Source of the DNA: a virus
DNA: 64,000 bases
Reading direction: 5' to 3' (one strand)
Virus record (IMG/VR): IMGVR_UViG_3300029448_000013
Coordinates: 9,263 to 73,262 of that record
Part shown: in pieces, positions 56,600-64,000 of the stretch
Position numbering within the stretch: position 1 is the first letter of the stretch
Layout: each line of letters starts with the position of its first letter
Position numbers and translations under genes: made by a program
Notes under the pieces: generated by a model
What the model saw: only the letters and a program-made list of their open reading frames with translations
The model's database searches: none
Told to the model about the DNA's origin: nothing

Positions 56600-56684
56600 G
56601 AACGCAGATAGTCTTAGCAGTAGTAGTTTGACTGCCGGGTAGGTGCAACGCCTATCTTTAAAACTCAGAAAGGAGATGAATAAA

Positions 56685-58574
56685 ATGGAATTACAACAAG
56701 AGATATTATCAGATATCACTGTGCATATGAAGTATGCAAAGTGGAAAGAAGCAGAACAGAGAAAAGAAACATGGGAAGAGATTTGCAATAGAAACATGCA
56801 AATGCATCTTGACTCAGTAAGAGGTAGAGATTTACCAACTGAGACTAAGCAGATTATTTACAATAAGATTCACGAAACATACGACAACTATGTTATCCCT
56901 AAGAAGATATTACCTTCTATGAGGTCAATGCAATTCGCAGGAAAGCCAATTGAACTATCACCTAACCGTGTTTACAATTGTGCCTACATGCCTATTGACC
57001 ATTACCTGTCGTTTTCAGAAGCAATGTTTCTATTGCTTGGAGGAACAGGAGTAGGTTATTCAGTACAGAGACATCATGTGGACAAGTTACCTGAGATTAG
57101 ACTACCTAATCCAAAGAGAACTTATCGACATCTAGTTGCTGATTCAATAGAGGGTTGGGCAGATGCTGTCAAGGTATTGTTTGAATCATACATTGGTAAG
57201 AGAGCAACGACAGTTAGATTTGACTACTCAGACATTAGACCAAAGGGAAGCCCATTGAAAACTAGTGGTGGAAAAGCACCCGGCCCACAACCATTGAAAG
57301 AATGTTTAGTTAAGGTCGAAGGCATACTAGCCAACAAGAACAATGGAGACAAGTTATCTACGTTAGAAGCACATGATATTGTGTGTTATATTGCAGATGC
57401 AGTATTAGCAGGTGGCATTCGTAGAGCAGCACTAATCAGTTTGTTCAGTGCAGATGATGATGAAATGATTACTTCAAAATCAGGACAGTTTTGGGACACT
57501 AATCCACAAAGAGCAAGAGCGAACAATTCAGTGGTTCTACTAAGACACAGAATCAAGAGAGACTTCTTCAATAATCTATGGAAGAGAGTTCAAGACTCAG
57601 GTTCAGGAGAACCCGGATTCTATTTCAGTAATGATAAGGATTGGGGAACTAACCCTTGTTGTGAGATAGCACTTAGGCCATATCAGTTCTGTAACTTAAC
57701 AGAAGTAAACGTGTCTAATATCACTAGTCAGTCTGACTTAAACAAGAGAGTTGAACATGCTACATTCTTAGGAACAATGCAAGCCTCTTACACAGACTTC
57801 CATTATCTCAGAGAAGTATGGAAGAAGACTTCAGAGAAAGACGCACTGCTTGGTGTGTCAATGACAGGGATTGCAAGTGGTAGAGTTCTAGATTTAGATA
57901 TGGAATCTGCTGCGAATAAAGCAAGAAGCACTAATGAGTTCTTTGCTAATGCGTTAGGTATTAACACAGCAGCAAGAATTACATGTGTCAAACCTGCGGG
58001 TACTACCAGTCTAGTTATGGGAACATCATCAGGCATACATGCTTGGTGGTCTGAATATTACATTAGGAGAATCAGAGTTCTTAAAACAGAGGCAATCTAT
58101 GACTACTTGATAACTAAGTTTCCTGATTTGGTGGAAGATGATTATCATAATCCTAGTCAGGCTATCATATCAATACCACAGAAGACTCCTGCTGGCACTT
58201 CAATAACAAGAGAAGAATCAGCACTAGAAATGCTTGAGAGAGTAAAGCGAGTATCAGTGGATTGGGTAGTAACAGGACACAGAAGAGGTGTCAATACTCA
58301 CAACGTTTCTGCAACTGTCAACATCCGTGAGGATGAATGGGAGGATGTTAGAAACTGGATGTGGAAGAACAGAGATTTCTACAATGGACTATCTGTTCTA
58401 CCGTTCGATGGTGGTGTCTACAAGCAAGCACCGCACGAACCTATTAGCAAGAAGCAATATGAAACAATGCTTGAACTTCTGACAGAGATAGAACTCACAG
58501 AAGTAGTCGAGACAGAAGACAACACCGACTTGCAGGGAGAACTTGCTTGTGCAGGTGGAGTTTGTGAAATATGA
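56685..58574 (+). CDS. nrdJ: Class II (B12-dependent) ribonucleotide reductase
   Basis: LPSMRSM, YNCAY, GTGVG, GGIRRAA, TNPCCEI, CNLTE, KPAGT, C-terminal CAGGVCEI. Confidence 0.92.
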   Translation: MELQQEILSDITVHMKYAKWKEAEQRKETWEEICNRNMQMHLDSVRGRDLPTETKQIIYNKIHETYDNYVIPKKILPSMRSMQFAGKPIELSPNRVYNCAYMPIDHYLSFSEAMFLLLGGTGVGYSVQRHHVDKLPEIRLPNPKRTYRHLVADSIEGWADAVKVLFESYIGKRATTVRFDYSDIRPKGSPLKTSGGKAPGPQPLKECLVKVEGILANKNNGDKLSTLEAHDIVCYIADAVLAGGIRRAALISLFSADDDEMITSKSGQFWDTNPQRARANNSVVLLRHRIKRDFFNNLWKRVQDSGSGEPGFYFSNDKDWGTNPCCEIALRPYQFCNLTEVNVSNITSQSDLNKRVEHATFLGTMQASYTDFHYLREVWKKTSEKDALLGVSMTGIASGRVLDLDMESAANKARSTNEFFANALGINTAARITCVKPAGTTSLVMGTSSGIHAWWSEYYIRRIRVLKTEAIYDYLITKFPDLVEDDYHNPSQAIISIPQKTPAGTSITREESALEMLERVKRVSVDWVVTGHRRGVNTHNVSATVNIREDEWEDVRNWMWKNRDFYNGLSVLPFDGGVYKQAPHEPISKKQYETMLELLTEIELTEVVETEDNTDLQGELACAGGVCEI

Positions 58575-58855
58575 GAAGAGTGGAAATTCTAGCAATAGAA
58601 GATGAAGTTATTCGTAGTATGAATAACAATGGTGCAAAGGAAAGCATCGCAGGATTCTACGAAAGAACTAGGTCAATGGGAAGAAAATACCCATCAACTC
58701 TAGTCCTTAATCGAATCAGATATTATATCCGTATGGGTTATTCTGATTTAACAACAGATGAGTTATACTCATTGTACAATAAGAAAATGTACTACAAAAG
58801 AAATGGTGATGAAAATGAAAATAAAAGTGATGCTACCAAGAGTGAGAACCGATAG
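58571..58855 (+). CDS. Hypothetical protein
   Basis: 94 aa, ATGA-coupled to nrdJ. Confidence 0.55.
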   Translation: MRRVEILAIEDEVIRSMNNNGAKESIAGFYERTRSMGRKYPSTLVLNRIRYYIRMGYSDLTTDELYSLYNKKMYYKRNGDENENKSDATKSENR

Positions 58856-60038
58856 AGAAATTACTAATGAAACTAGTTCGTTCTTATGTAAGACTAATCG
58901 TGATTTACGTTACAGTCTTTCTAGAAGAGACAAGAACCATTTTGGTGAAATTACCTTTAATGCAGGTAGAAGCAGTAGTTCTAAAAAGACCTTTCATGAG
59001 AACAGATACTGGAACATATTTGCATATAGGATGTATGACTTATTCGTAAGAACTCATGATAATGCTAAATCCAATGAGATGACATGGATTACCTTCCGTT
59101 ACAGTAACGGCGACTCTTCAGTTATGTTGAGGAAAGATGGTAGTTCTATCTTTATGAATGGTGTGAAGAAGAATCAGAATGACATTGCTATCGCTCTTGC
59201 GAAGATTATTGCCTTCGGAGCGCATAACCGTGATGCTCAAGCAATGAATGCTTATATTGAGAGAAACGTCACATACTCTGCTAACGTATTGTATGCTCTA
59301 GAAAACAGAACACCTTACTGGTTGTTTGTTGATGGAACTCAGCACAATGTTAAGATTAACACTACGCTCATCAGTAGAGATGAGGTTGCGTTTGAAGTCT
59401 CAGAGAATGTTTGGGGTTCTCTTTCTCTTGATGATGCAAACACTTTCATTGACTGTTACAGACACAATTCAAAGAGGTCTAGGAAGTGGGCTAATATCAG
59501 TCCGTCTAATCTATGGTTCAATATGTTCAGCAACCATGCAACTGATGACCAAGAGGCACTAATGAAAGCGTGGCTTATGCAAAACAGGACAGATGTAATA
59601 GTCGAAGAGAGAGCATTCCATCTCCTACAAGATATGGATAAGAACTATGATGAGTTCACTCTTGTTGACTTGCGTAAAGAACCATTCTCAACAATGAACA
59701 TAGCCGAGAAGTCGAATACTCTTAACTTTGCAATGCATGTAAAGGGTAGTCTAGGAGATTGGTTGGTGTATCCAAATAGCAGAAGTTCAGGAACACAACG
59801 ATGTAAGGCATTGTTCTTCCAAAGCAAAGACACAGTAAATGGCCCATTCTGTATCGATGATATTAATGGTAAGAATGTGGTTGGCGACCAAATAGCAACA
59901 AGAGCAATGTTGTTGAAGAGCGATACAGTCGCTAAATCAATGGTTTCTACATTGAGGGATATAGGACGGTCTAGTTTCCGTATCCCTGATAGACAATTAA
60001 AGAAAGCAAAATTCACGGAGAAGTTAACATGGAGATAG
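58815..60038 (+). CDS. Hypothetical protein (about 407 aa)
   Basis: Long ORF with GGTGA RBS; C-terminal GPFCIDD...GDQIATRAMLLKSD. Confidence 0.65.
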   Translation: MKIKVMLPRVRTDREITNETSSFLCKTNRDLRYSLSRRDKNHFGEITFNAGRSSSSKKTFHENRYWNIFAYRMYDLFVRTHDNAKSNEMTWITFRYSNGDSSVMLRKDGSSIFMNGVKKNQNDIAIALAKIIAFGAHNRDAQAMNAYIERNVTYSANVLYALENRTPYWLFVDGTQHNVKINTTLISRDEVAFEVSENVWGSLSLDDANTFIDCYRHNSKRSRKWANISPSNLWFNMFSNHATDDQEALMKAWLMQNRTDVIVEERAFHLLQDMDKNYDEFTLVDLRKEPFSTMNIAEKSNTLNFAMHVKGSLGDWLVYPNSRSSGTQRCKALFFQSKDTVNGPFCIDDINGKNVVGDQIATRAMLLKSDTVAKSMVSTLRDIGRSSFRIPDRQLKKAKFTEKLTWR

Positions 60039-60943
60039 TGTCAGTAAAGTGTCCTGAGTGTGAAGGGTTTGACTGGACTTTCAATGATTCGTTGGGTGAG
60101 AATGTCTGTGATGATTGTGGCTTGGTGCAAGTTGTCAGACCATTTGAGGAGACTACCACTATAATGCGTGATGGAACTGGTCACTTCACAGGAACATATG
60201 AACCAACCAAAAGGTTAGGTTCTCTTATTATTGAGACTAACTCAAACTATAAATCTAATCAGATGTATAGAATGAGAAACCATAACGTGTATGCTGCCTC
60301 CCTTTCAGATGCGGATAGAAGAACAATCACATTATGTAACATGATTCTTTCTAATTACAGTGCTAGTAAACCAATCAGAGATAAAGTAGGAGTATATCTG
60401 AGGTCATTAAAGGCTGAACATGTGTTTAGAGGATGTTCTGTGGAACAAAGAGCAGCAGCATTAACATTCTATATTCTCAAAGAGAGCGATATACCATTGA
60501 ATATTAGAACACACAGTAAGTATTCTATGGTAGAAAGCAAGTACATATCACGTTGGGCTAAAAGAATAGCGAGACATTTCAGAAAGTCCTATGTATTCTC
60601 ACAAGAGAATGCAATGCGTAATGCAACTGGTATTATTGATAGGTTGGATAACATACCTGATGGGTATCGTCCTGATGCTCTTGATATTATTCAGTACCTA
60701 GAAAGGTTCTACAAAGAGCAGAACATCCGTTTCTCCCCTAACAAGATAGTTGCCGCACTATGGTTAGCAGGGAAAATGGGAAAATACGGAGTAACTCAGA
60801 AGCAGTTGGTGAAGTCATCAGGAAACACTTCTTCTGAAATGGGAATAAGAGAACAGATAAGAGAAATGAGGCGATTCTTTGGTTTATCTAAAGAAGAGTT
60901 GTATGAAATGTCTGTATCTGATTTTACAAATGGAGCGTATTAA
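60029..60943 (+). CDS. tfb: Transcription initiation factor IIB (TFB) homologue
   Basis: Zn ribbon CPEC...GENVCDDCGLV; two cyclin-like repeats (RGCSVEQRAAALTFY; SPNKIVAALWLA...VTQKQL). Confidence 0.85.
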   Translation: MEIVSVKCPECEGFDWTFNDSLGENVCDDCGLVQVVRPFEETTTIMRDGTGHFTGTYEPTKRLGSLIIETNSNYKSNQMYRMRNHNVYAASLSDADRRTITLCNMILSNYSASKPIRDKVGVYLRSLKAEHVFRGCSVEQRAAALTFYILKESDIPLNIRTHSKYSMVESKYISRWAKRIARHFRKSYVFSQENAMRNATGIIDRLDNIPDGYRPDALDIIQYLERFYKEQNIRFSPNKIVAALWLAGKMGKYGVTQKQLVKSSGNTSSEMGIREQIREMRRFFGLSKEELYEMSVSDFTNGAY

Positions 60944-60944
60944 G

Positions 60945-61187
60945 ATGGAAGAGTTAATTGAAACACTAAAGAAAATGCAATACCACTTCAGTAAGTTTAT
61001 TGAAGAGTATGAAAGTCTACCACAGTTGAAGAATGTTGTTAGGAGAACTGTGCTAGAAGACGCAATATCTGTTGTCGGAGCGACAATGGATGGAATAACA
61101 AACGAGATAATTGATGCTTGGCATAATTATCAACAACAACAAATAAATGATGGAGTATTAGATATAGGTGATGAATATGATAAATAG
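60945..61187 (+). CDS. Hypothetical helical protein
   Basis: 80 aa from MEELIETLK. Confidence 0.55.
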   Translation: MEELIETLKKMQYHFSKFIEEYESLPQLKNVVRRTVLEDAISVVGATMDGITNEIIDAWHNYQQQQINDGVLDIGDEYDK

Positions 61188-61773
61188 AAGAGTAATGATA
61201 ATTGGAGCAGGAGGAATAGGTAGTTTTCTAACTCAGTTCCTCCAAAGACTAGGATATAAGATAACAGTTTACGATGATGATGGGGTAGAGAAGAAGAACG
61301 TTGGTTATCAGAACTTCACAACGAGTGATATTGGAGAGAACAAAGCAAGAGTATTGTCTGACAGAATATGGGACACTGATTCTAGAGGAACAGTAGCCGA
61401 TGAACCCTACCGAGTTCTAACTGCAAAGCAATTACAAGGTTTTCACTTGGTAATCTGTTGTGCAGATAACCTTGCTGTGAGGCGGTTGTTGTATCAGCAG
61501 GGCTTCGGGTCAGATGCTAAGTTGAAGTGGCTAGATTTGCGAGCGCAAGGCCGTAATGCAGCGTTGATTTCTTACAAGACAGACCCTAAACTAATGAATG
61601 CTTTTCTTGCGGGTCAAGAGGGTTCATTCTCTTGTCAATCAACAGATTGGGATGGTAGTTCAAAAGGAATCGACTGTATGAATATAGCAATCGCAGGTGT
61701 TGCTACACAGTGGATTCAGAAATGGTTCAACAACAATGATGATGTCATCGATAAGATGGTGTTGAATATATGA
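61177..61773 (+). CDS. ThiF/MoeB/E1-like adenylating enzyme
   Basis: IIGAGGIGS, DDDGVEKKNVGYQ, NKARV, CCADN; a Cys in FSCQ near the crossover loop. Confidence 0.85.
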   Translation: MINRRVMIIGAGGIGSFLTQFLQRLGYKITVYDDDGVEKKNVGYQNFTTSDIGENKARVLSDRIWDTDSRGTVADEPYRVLTAKQLQGFHLVICCADNLAVRRLLYQQGFGSDAKLKWLDLRAQGRNAALISYKTDPKLMNAFLAGQEGSFSCQSTDWDGSSKGIDCMNIAIAGVATQWIQKWFNNNDDVIDKMVLNI

Positions 61774-61934
61774 ATTGTGACTGCAAGGAATGTGAATGTC
61801 ATTTCCCGTTAGAGACTTTCTTGGGAGAGTTGAGTAGTGCGGGAGCATTCTACCCCTTGAAGGAGTCAACTGTAATTTGTGGTAGATGTAAACAGAATCT
61901 ATCATGTAAAAAATGTAGGAGTGAAGATGAATGA
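61770..61934 (+). CDS. 54-aa Cys-rich micro-protein (not in ORF track)
   Basis: MNCDCKECECH...CGRCKQNLSCKKC; ATGA overlap with the E1 stop. Confidence 0.5.
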   Translation: MNCDCKECECHFPLETFLGELSSAGAFYPLKESTVICGRCKQNLSCKKCRSEDE

Positions 61935-62010
61935 AATGTGAAAATTGTGGAATGGAAATAAATGAATTAAGAATAAAGACAGATGAATGTTGTAGATGGG
62001 TGGTGATGAA

Positions 62011-62256
62011 ATGAGAGCGAGTTCAAAGATACATGTTGAGTATGAAGTCCTGAAGTACATTATGGACAGGATAGACTTAACAGAATTAGAAGAGAGGATG
62101 GTGCTACAACACAAAGGCGACCAGTATTATAGCGAGTTAGAGAAGCGTTGGAAGAATGGTGTCAATGAGATTGCATCATTTGTTAACAACAAGATAGAGA
62201 AGAGACTGCACAGGTTGCCAAAGAAGCATCCTGCCTACAAGGAGAAAGGAGAATGA
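62011..62256 (+). CDS. Hypothetical protein
   Basis: GGTGA RBS before MRASSK. Confidence 0.6.
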   Translation: MRASSKIHVEYEVLKYIMDRIDLTELEERMVLQHKGDQYYSELEKRWKNGVNEIASFVNNKIEKRLHRLPKKHPAYKEKGE

Positions 62257-62537
62257 AATACATCTGCTTCTCAATATTAGGAAAGACTCTTTGTGGTAAA
62301 GAGGATGAGCCTGTTCCCGAACACTTGGCAGATAGTAGAAGGTTCTGCAATGAATGTGTTCAAGTGATGTGGAAGGAACAGTATAGAAGAAGTGTACTGC
62401 TCCCCTTACGAAAAGGAATAGACATCAAGAAGGTACAGAAGGAAATAGAAGAAGTAGAGGTAACAGTTGAAGAACCTCGATTAGTCCCACCAAGACCAAT
62501 CAAATCACTTCGACATTATATGAAGGTGAAAGCATGA
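62253..62537 (+). CDS. Hypothetical Cys-containing protein
   Basis: C...TLCG...CNEC. Confidence 0.6.
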   Translation: MKYICFSILGKTLCGKEDEPVPEHLADSRRFCNECVQVMWKEQYRRSVLLPLRKGIDIKKVQKEIEEVEVTVEEPRLVPPRPIKSLRHYMKVKA

Positions 62538-62776
62538 CAAAGGAAGATGAAAATATAGATGACATAAGCGAAGAAGACATAGGCCACATGTTGACAGTAA
62601 TATCAACAGATGGATACTACAAACAGGCAATGATTGTAAAGGTCGTTTGTCCTGTTTGCGGTGAAGAGTTCTTAGGAACAAAGAGACATGCGGGTGGATT
62701 TATCGCAGGTCATAGAGCATATCATGAATTTGAAAATGAAGCAGATATGAGAGTAAAACAAATGGGAGGAATATAA
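62534..62776 (+). CDS. C2H2-like Zn-finger protein
   Basis: CPVCGEEF...HRAYH. Confidence 0.6.
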   Translation: MTKEDENIDDISEEDIGHMLTVISTDGYYKQAMIVKVVCPVCGEEFLGTKRHAGGFIAGHRAYHEFENEADMRVKQMGGI

Positions 62777-63334
62777 ATGAAAACAGATGAAACAGAATAT
62801 GAAAATGAAGGAATAAAAGGATTAGAAATAAAGGATGAGAATTGGAAAGAAGACATCAAGACTGTATTTAACAAGATACAGTTTGTGTATCCGTTTCCCG
62901 ACCCTCAGACAGAAGCCTTCTTCACGGTGATTTGGAATAAGTCTCTTGAGGCTTTTGACTCACCGAGAGAAGTACAAGTAATAGTAGATGCAAAAGACGA
63001 CCTGTATATTAGTGTAGGAACGTTTGGCTTTGTTAGTTTCAAAGACCAAGAAGAACAACTAGGTGGTATGAAGATTCCATTGAAGTGTTGGATACACACA
63101 CATCCATTCGGTAGAGCGTTCTTTAGTGGAACAGATTGGAAAACCATCCACTCATGGAGAGGAATGATGCAGAGTGCAACAGTTCTTGGAGATAACCAGT
63201 TTATCTCTTATGATTGTAATAGCGAGATTGCAAAGCAAGTACAGTATGCCTTGTATCAACAACATCCTGAAACAGAGGATAAGCCTGAGTGGGTTAAGGC
63301 CGCAGAAGATGTATTAGAAGGTGAAGAAGAATGA
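62777..63334 (+). CDS. JAB/JAMM (MPN+) metalloprotease
   Basis: Upstream Glu (PREVQ) and HTHPFGRAFFSGTD matching HxH-x7-S-x2-D. Confidence 0.85.
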   Translation: MKTDETEYENEGIKGLEIKDENWKEDIKTVFNKIQFVYPFPDPQTEAFFTVIWNKSLEAFDSPREVQVIVDAKDDLYISVGTFGFVSFKDQEEQLGGMKIPLKCWIHTHPFGRAFFSGTDWKTIHSWRGMMQSATVLGDNQFISYDCNSEIAKQVQYALYQQHPETEDKPEWVKAAEDVLEGEEE

Positions 63335-63525
63335 GTAAGAAGTTCTACACCATAGCATTGCAGTATGATATTAGTGGAGACCCATGTGACCCACCACATC
63401 ACATTGAAGATAGGATGGTCATGCTCATGCAACTAATGCATGAGAGAGGATTCGGCATGGATGTATCCTACGGATATGCTGAGAAGAAGATAATGAGAAC
63501 AATAGAAGAAGGTGGAAAGGAATGA
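63331..63525 (+). CDS. Hypothetical protein
   Basis: 64 aa, ATGA-coupled. Confidence 0.55.
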   Translation: MSKKFYTIALQYDISGDPCDPPHHIEDRMVMLMQLMHERGFGMDVSYGYAEKKIMRTIEEGGKE

Positions 63526-63878
63526 TTACAGAAAGTACATGGAAGACATACTGCGGTATAGCAGATTGTCATGGCTTAGAGTCATTCCAAGAAACAGGAG
63601 AGATGGGTAAAGCACCTACTAACTTCTCATTCAGAGCGAGGGCAAACAGACACAGACACGCTCTAATCTATTGGGTCGAACTACCTGATGATAAAGCAGA
63701 GCAGATGCATGAAGCAATTAGACAGGCACAAGCAGATGGAGATTGGCATGAGCCTCTTCTTCTTTTGAAGAACCCTGATTTTGTAAAGCATGTATCCTTT
63801 GAGAATTCAATGAAGAACAGTTGGGGTATGATACCCAACGACAGTCTAGACCCATATTGGGGCGGTGATGATGAATGA
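63522..63878 (+). CDS. Hypothetical protein
   Basis: 118 aa, ATGA-coupled; GIADCHGLESF. Confidence 0.6.
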   Translation: MITESTWKTYCGIADCHGLESFQETGEMGKAPTNFSFRARANRHRHALIYWVELPDDKAEQMHEAIRQAQADGDWHEPLLLLKNPDFVKHVSFENSMKNSWGMIPNDSLDPYWGGDDE

Positions 63879-64000
63879 AGTATTGGGCATTTGAAATGAA
63901 AGAAGGTAATGATAAACTAATCAGTTGCAATGACATAGAAAATGTATACTTGTTAGGACAACATCAACAGTATAATGCATCAACTGGTGAAATCATCGAT
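63875..64000 (+). CDS. Hypothetical protein, truncated at the window edge
   Basis: ATGA overlap; open to the end (MKYWAFEMKEG...). Confidence 0.5.
   Translation, partial: MKYWAFEMKEGNDKLISCNDIENVYLLGQHQQYNASTGEIID

Noticed and set aside
47700-56700. tRNA genes or hammerhead ribozymes in intergenic gaps
   Set aside because: No full cloverleaf and no complete CUGAUGA/GAAA core with three stems found by eye; tRNAscan-SE and Infernal would be needed to exclude them.
62534-62776. Second Ubl because it ends MGG-I
   Set aside because: The body is a C2H2-like finger and the GG codons coincide with the GGAGG RBS of the JAB gene.
1-64000. Integrated provirus or cellular chromosome
   Set aside because: No integrase, att site or run of housekeeping genes; the whole window reads as viral.

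Overview
This window is a 64-kb piece of a tailed dsDNA virus (Caudoviricetes) with an archaeal host. The archaeal TFB gene, GGTGA/GGAGG ribosome-binding sites, leaderless TATA-like promoters, class II RNR and a DNA ligase beside the prohead protease fit a magrovirus-like virus of Marine Group II (Poseidoniales); this is inference, no search was run. Bases 1-47.7 kb form one long minus-strand morphogenesis block: packaging genes, portal, many small head-region proteins, ligase, protease/scaffold, HK97-type capsid, a GTPase/membrane cassette, neck, tail and tail fibre. Bases 47.7-53.2 kb are a control region with repeated palindrome-plus-promoter elements, small early genes, an origin-like inverted repeat and two hairpin-rich non-coding stretches. 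Bases 52.2-64 kb are plus-strand genes for nucleotide metabolism, repair and regulation. The most striking observations are: (1) about 16 unrelated head-region proteins share an N-terminal M-[ST]-W-x-x-hydrophobic-hydrophobic-K tag that also resembles the scaffold C-terminus, a candidate capsid-targeting and cargo-loading signal; (2) an Arf-like small GTPase with adjacent membrane proteins sits inside the virion module; (3) a dispersed ubiquitin-like set (Ubl ending GG-F, E1/ThiF, JAB) surrounds a viral TFB; (4) five to six copies of a dyad-plus-promoter element with exact spacing to leaderless ATGs. All protein calls are by visual motif recognition only.
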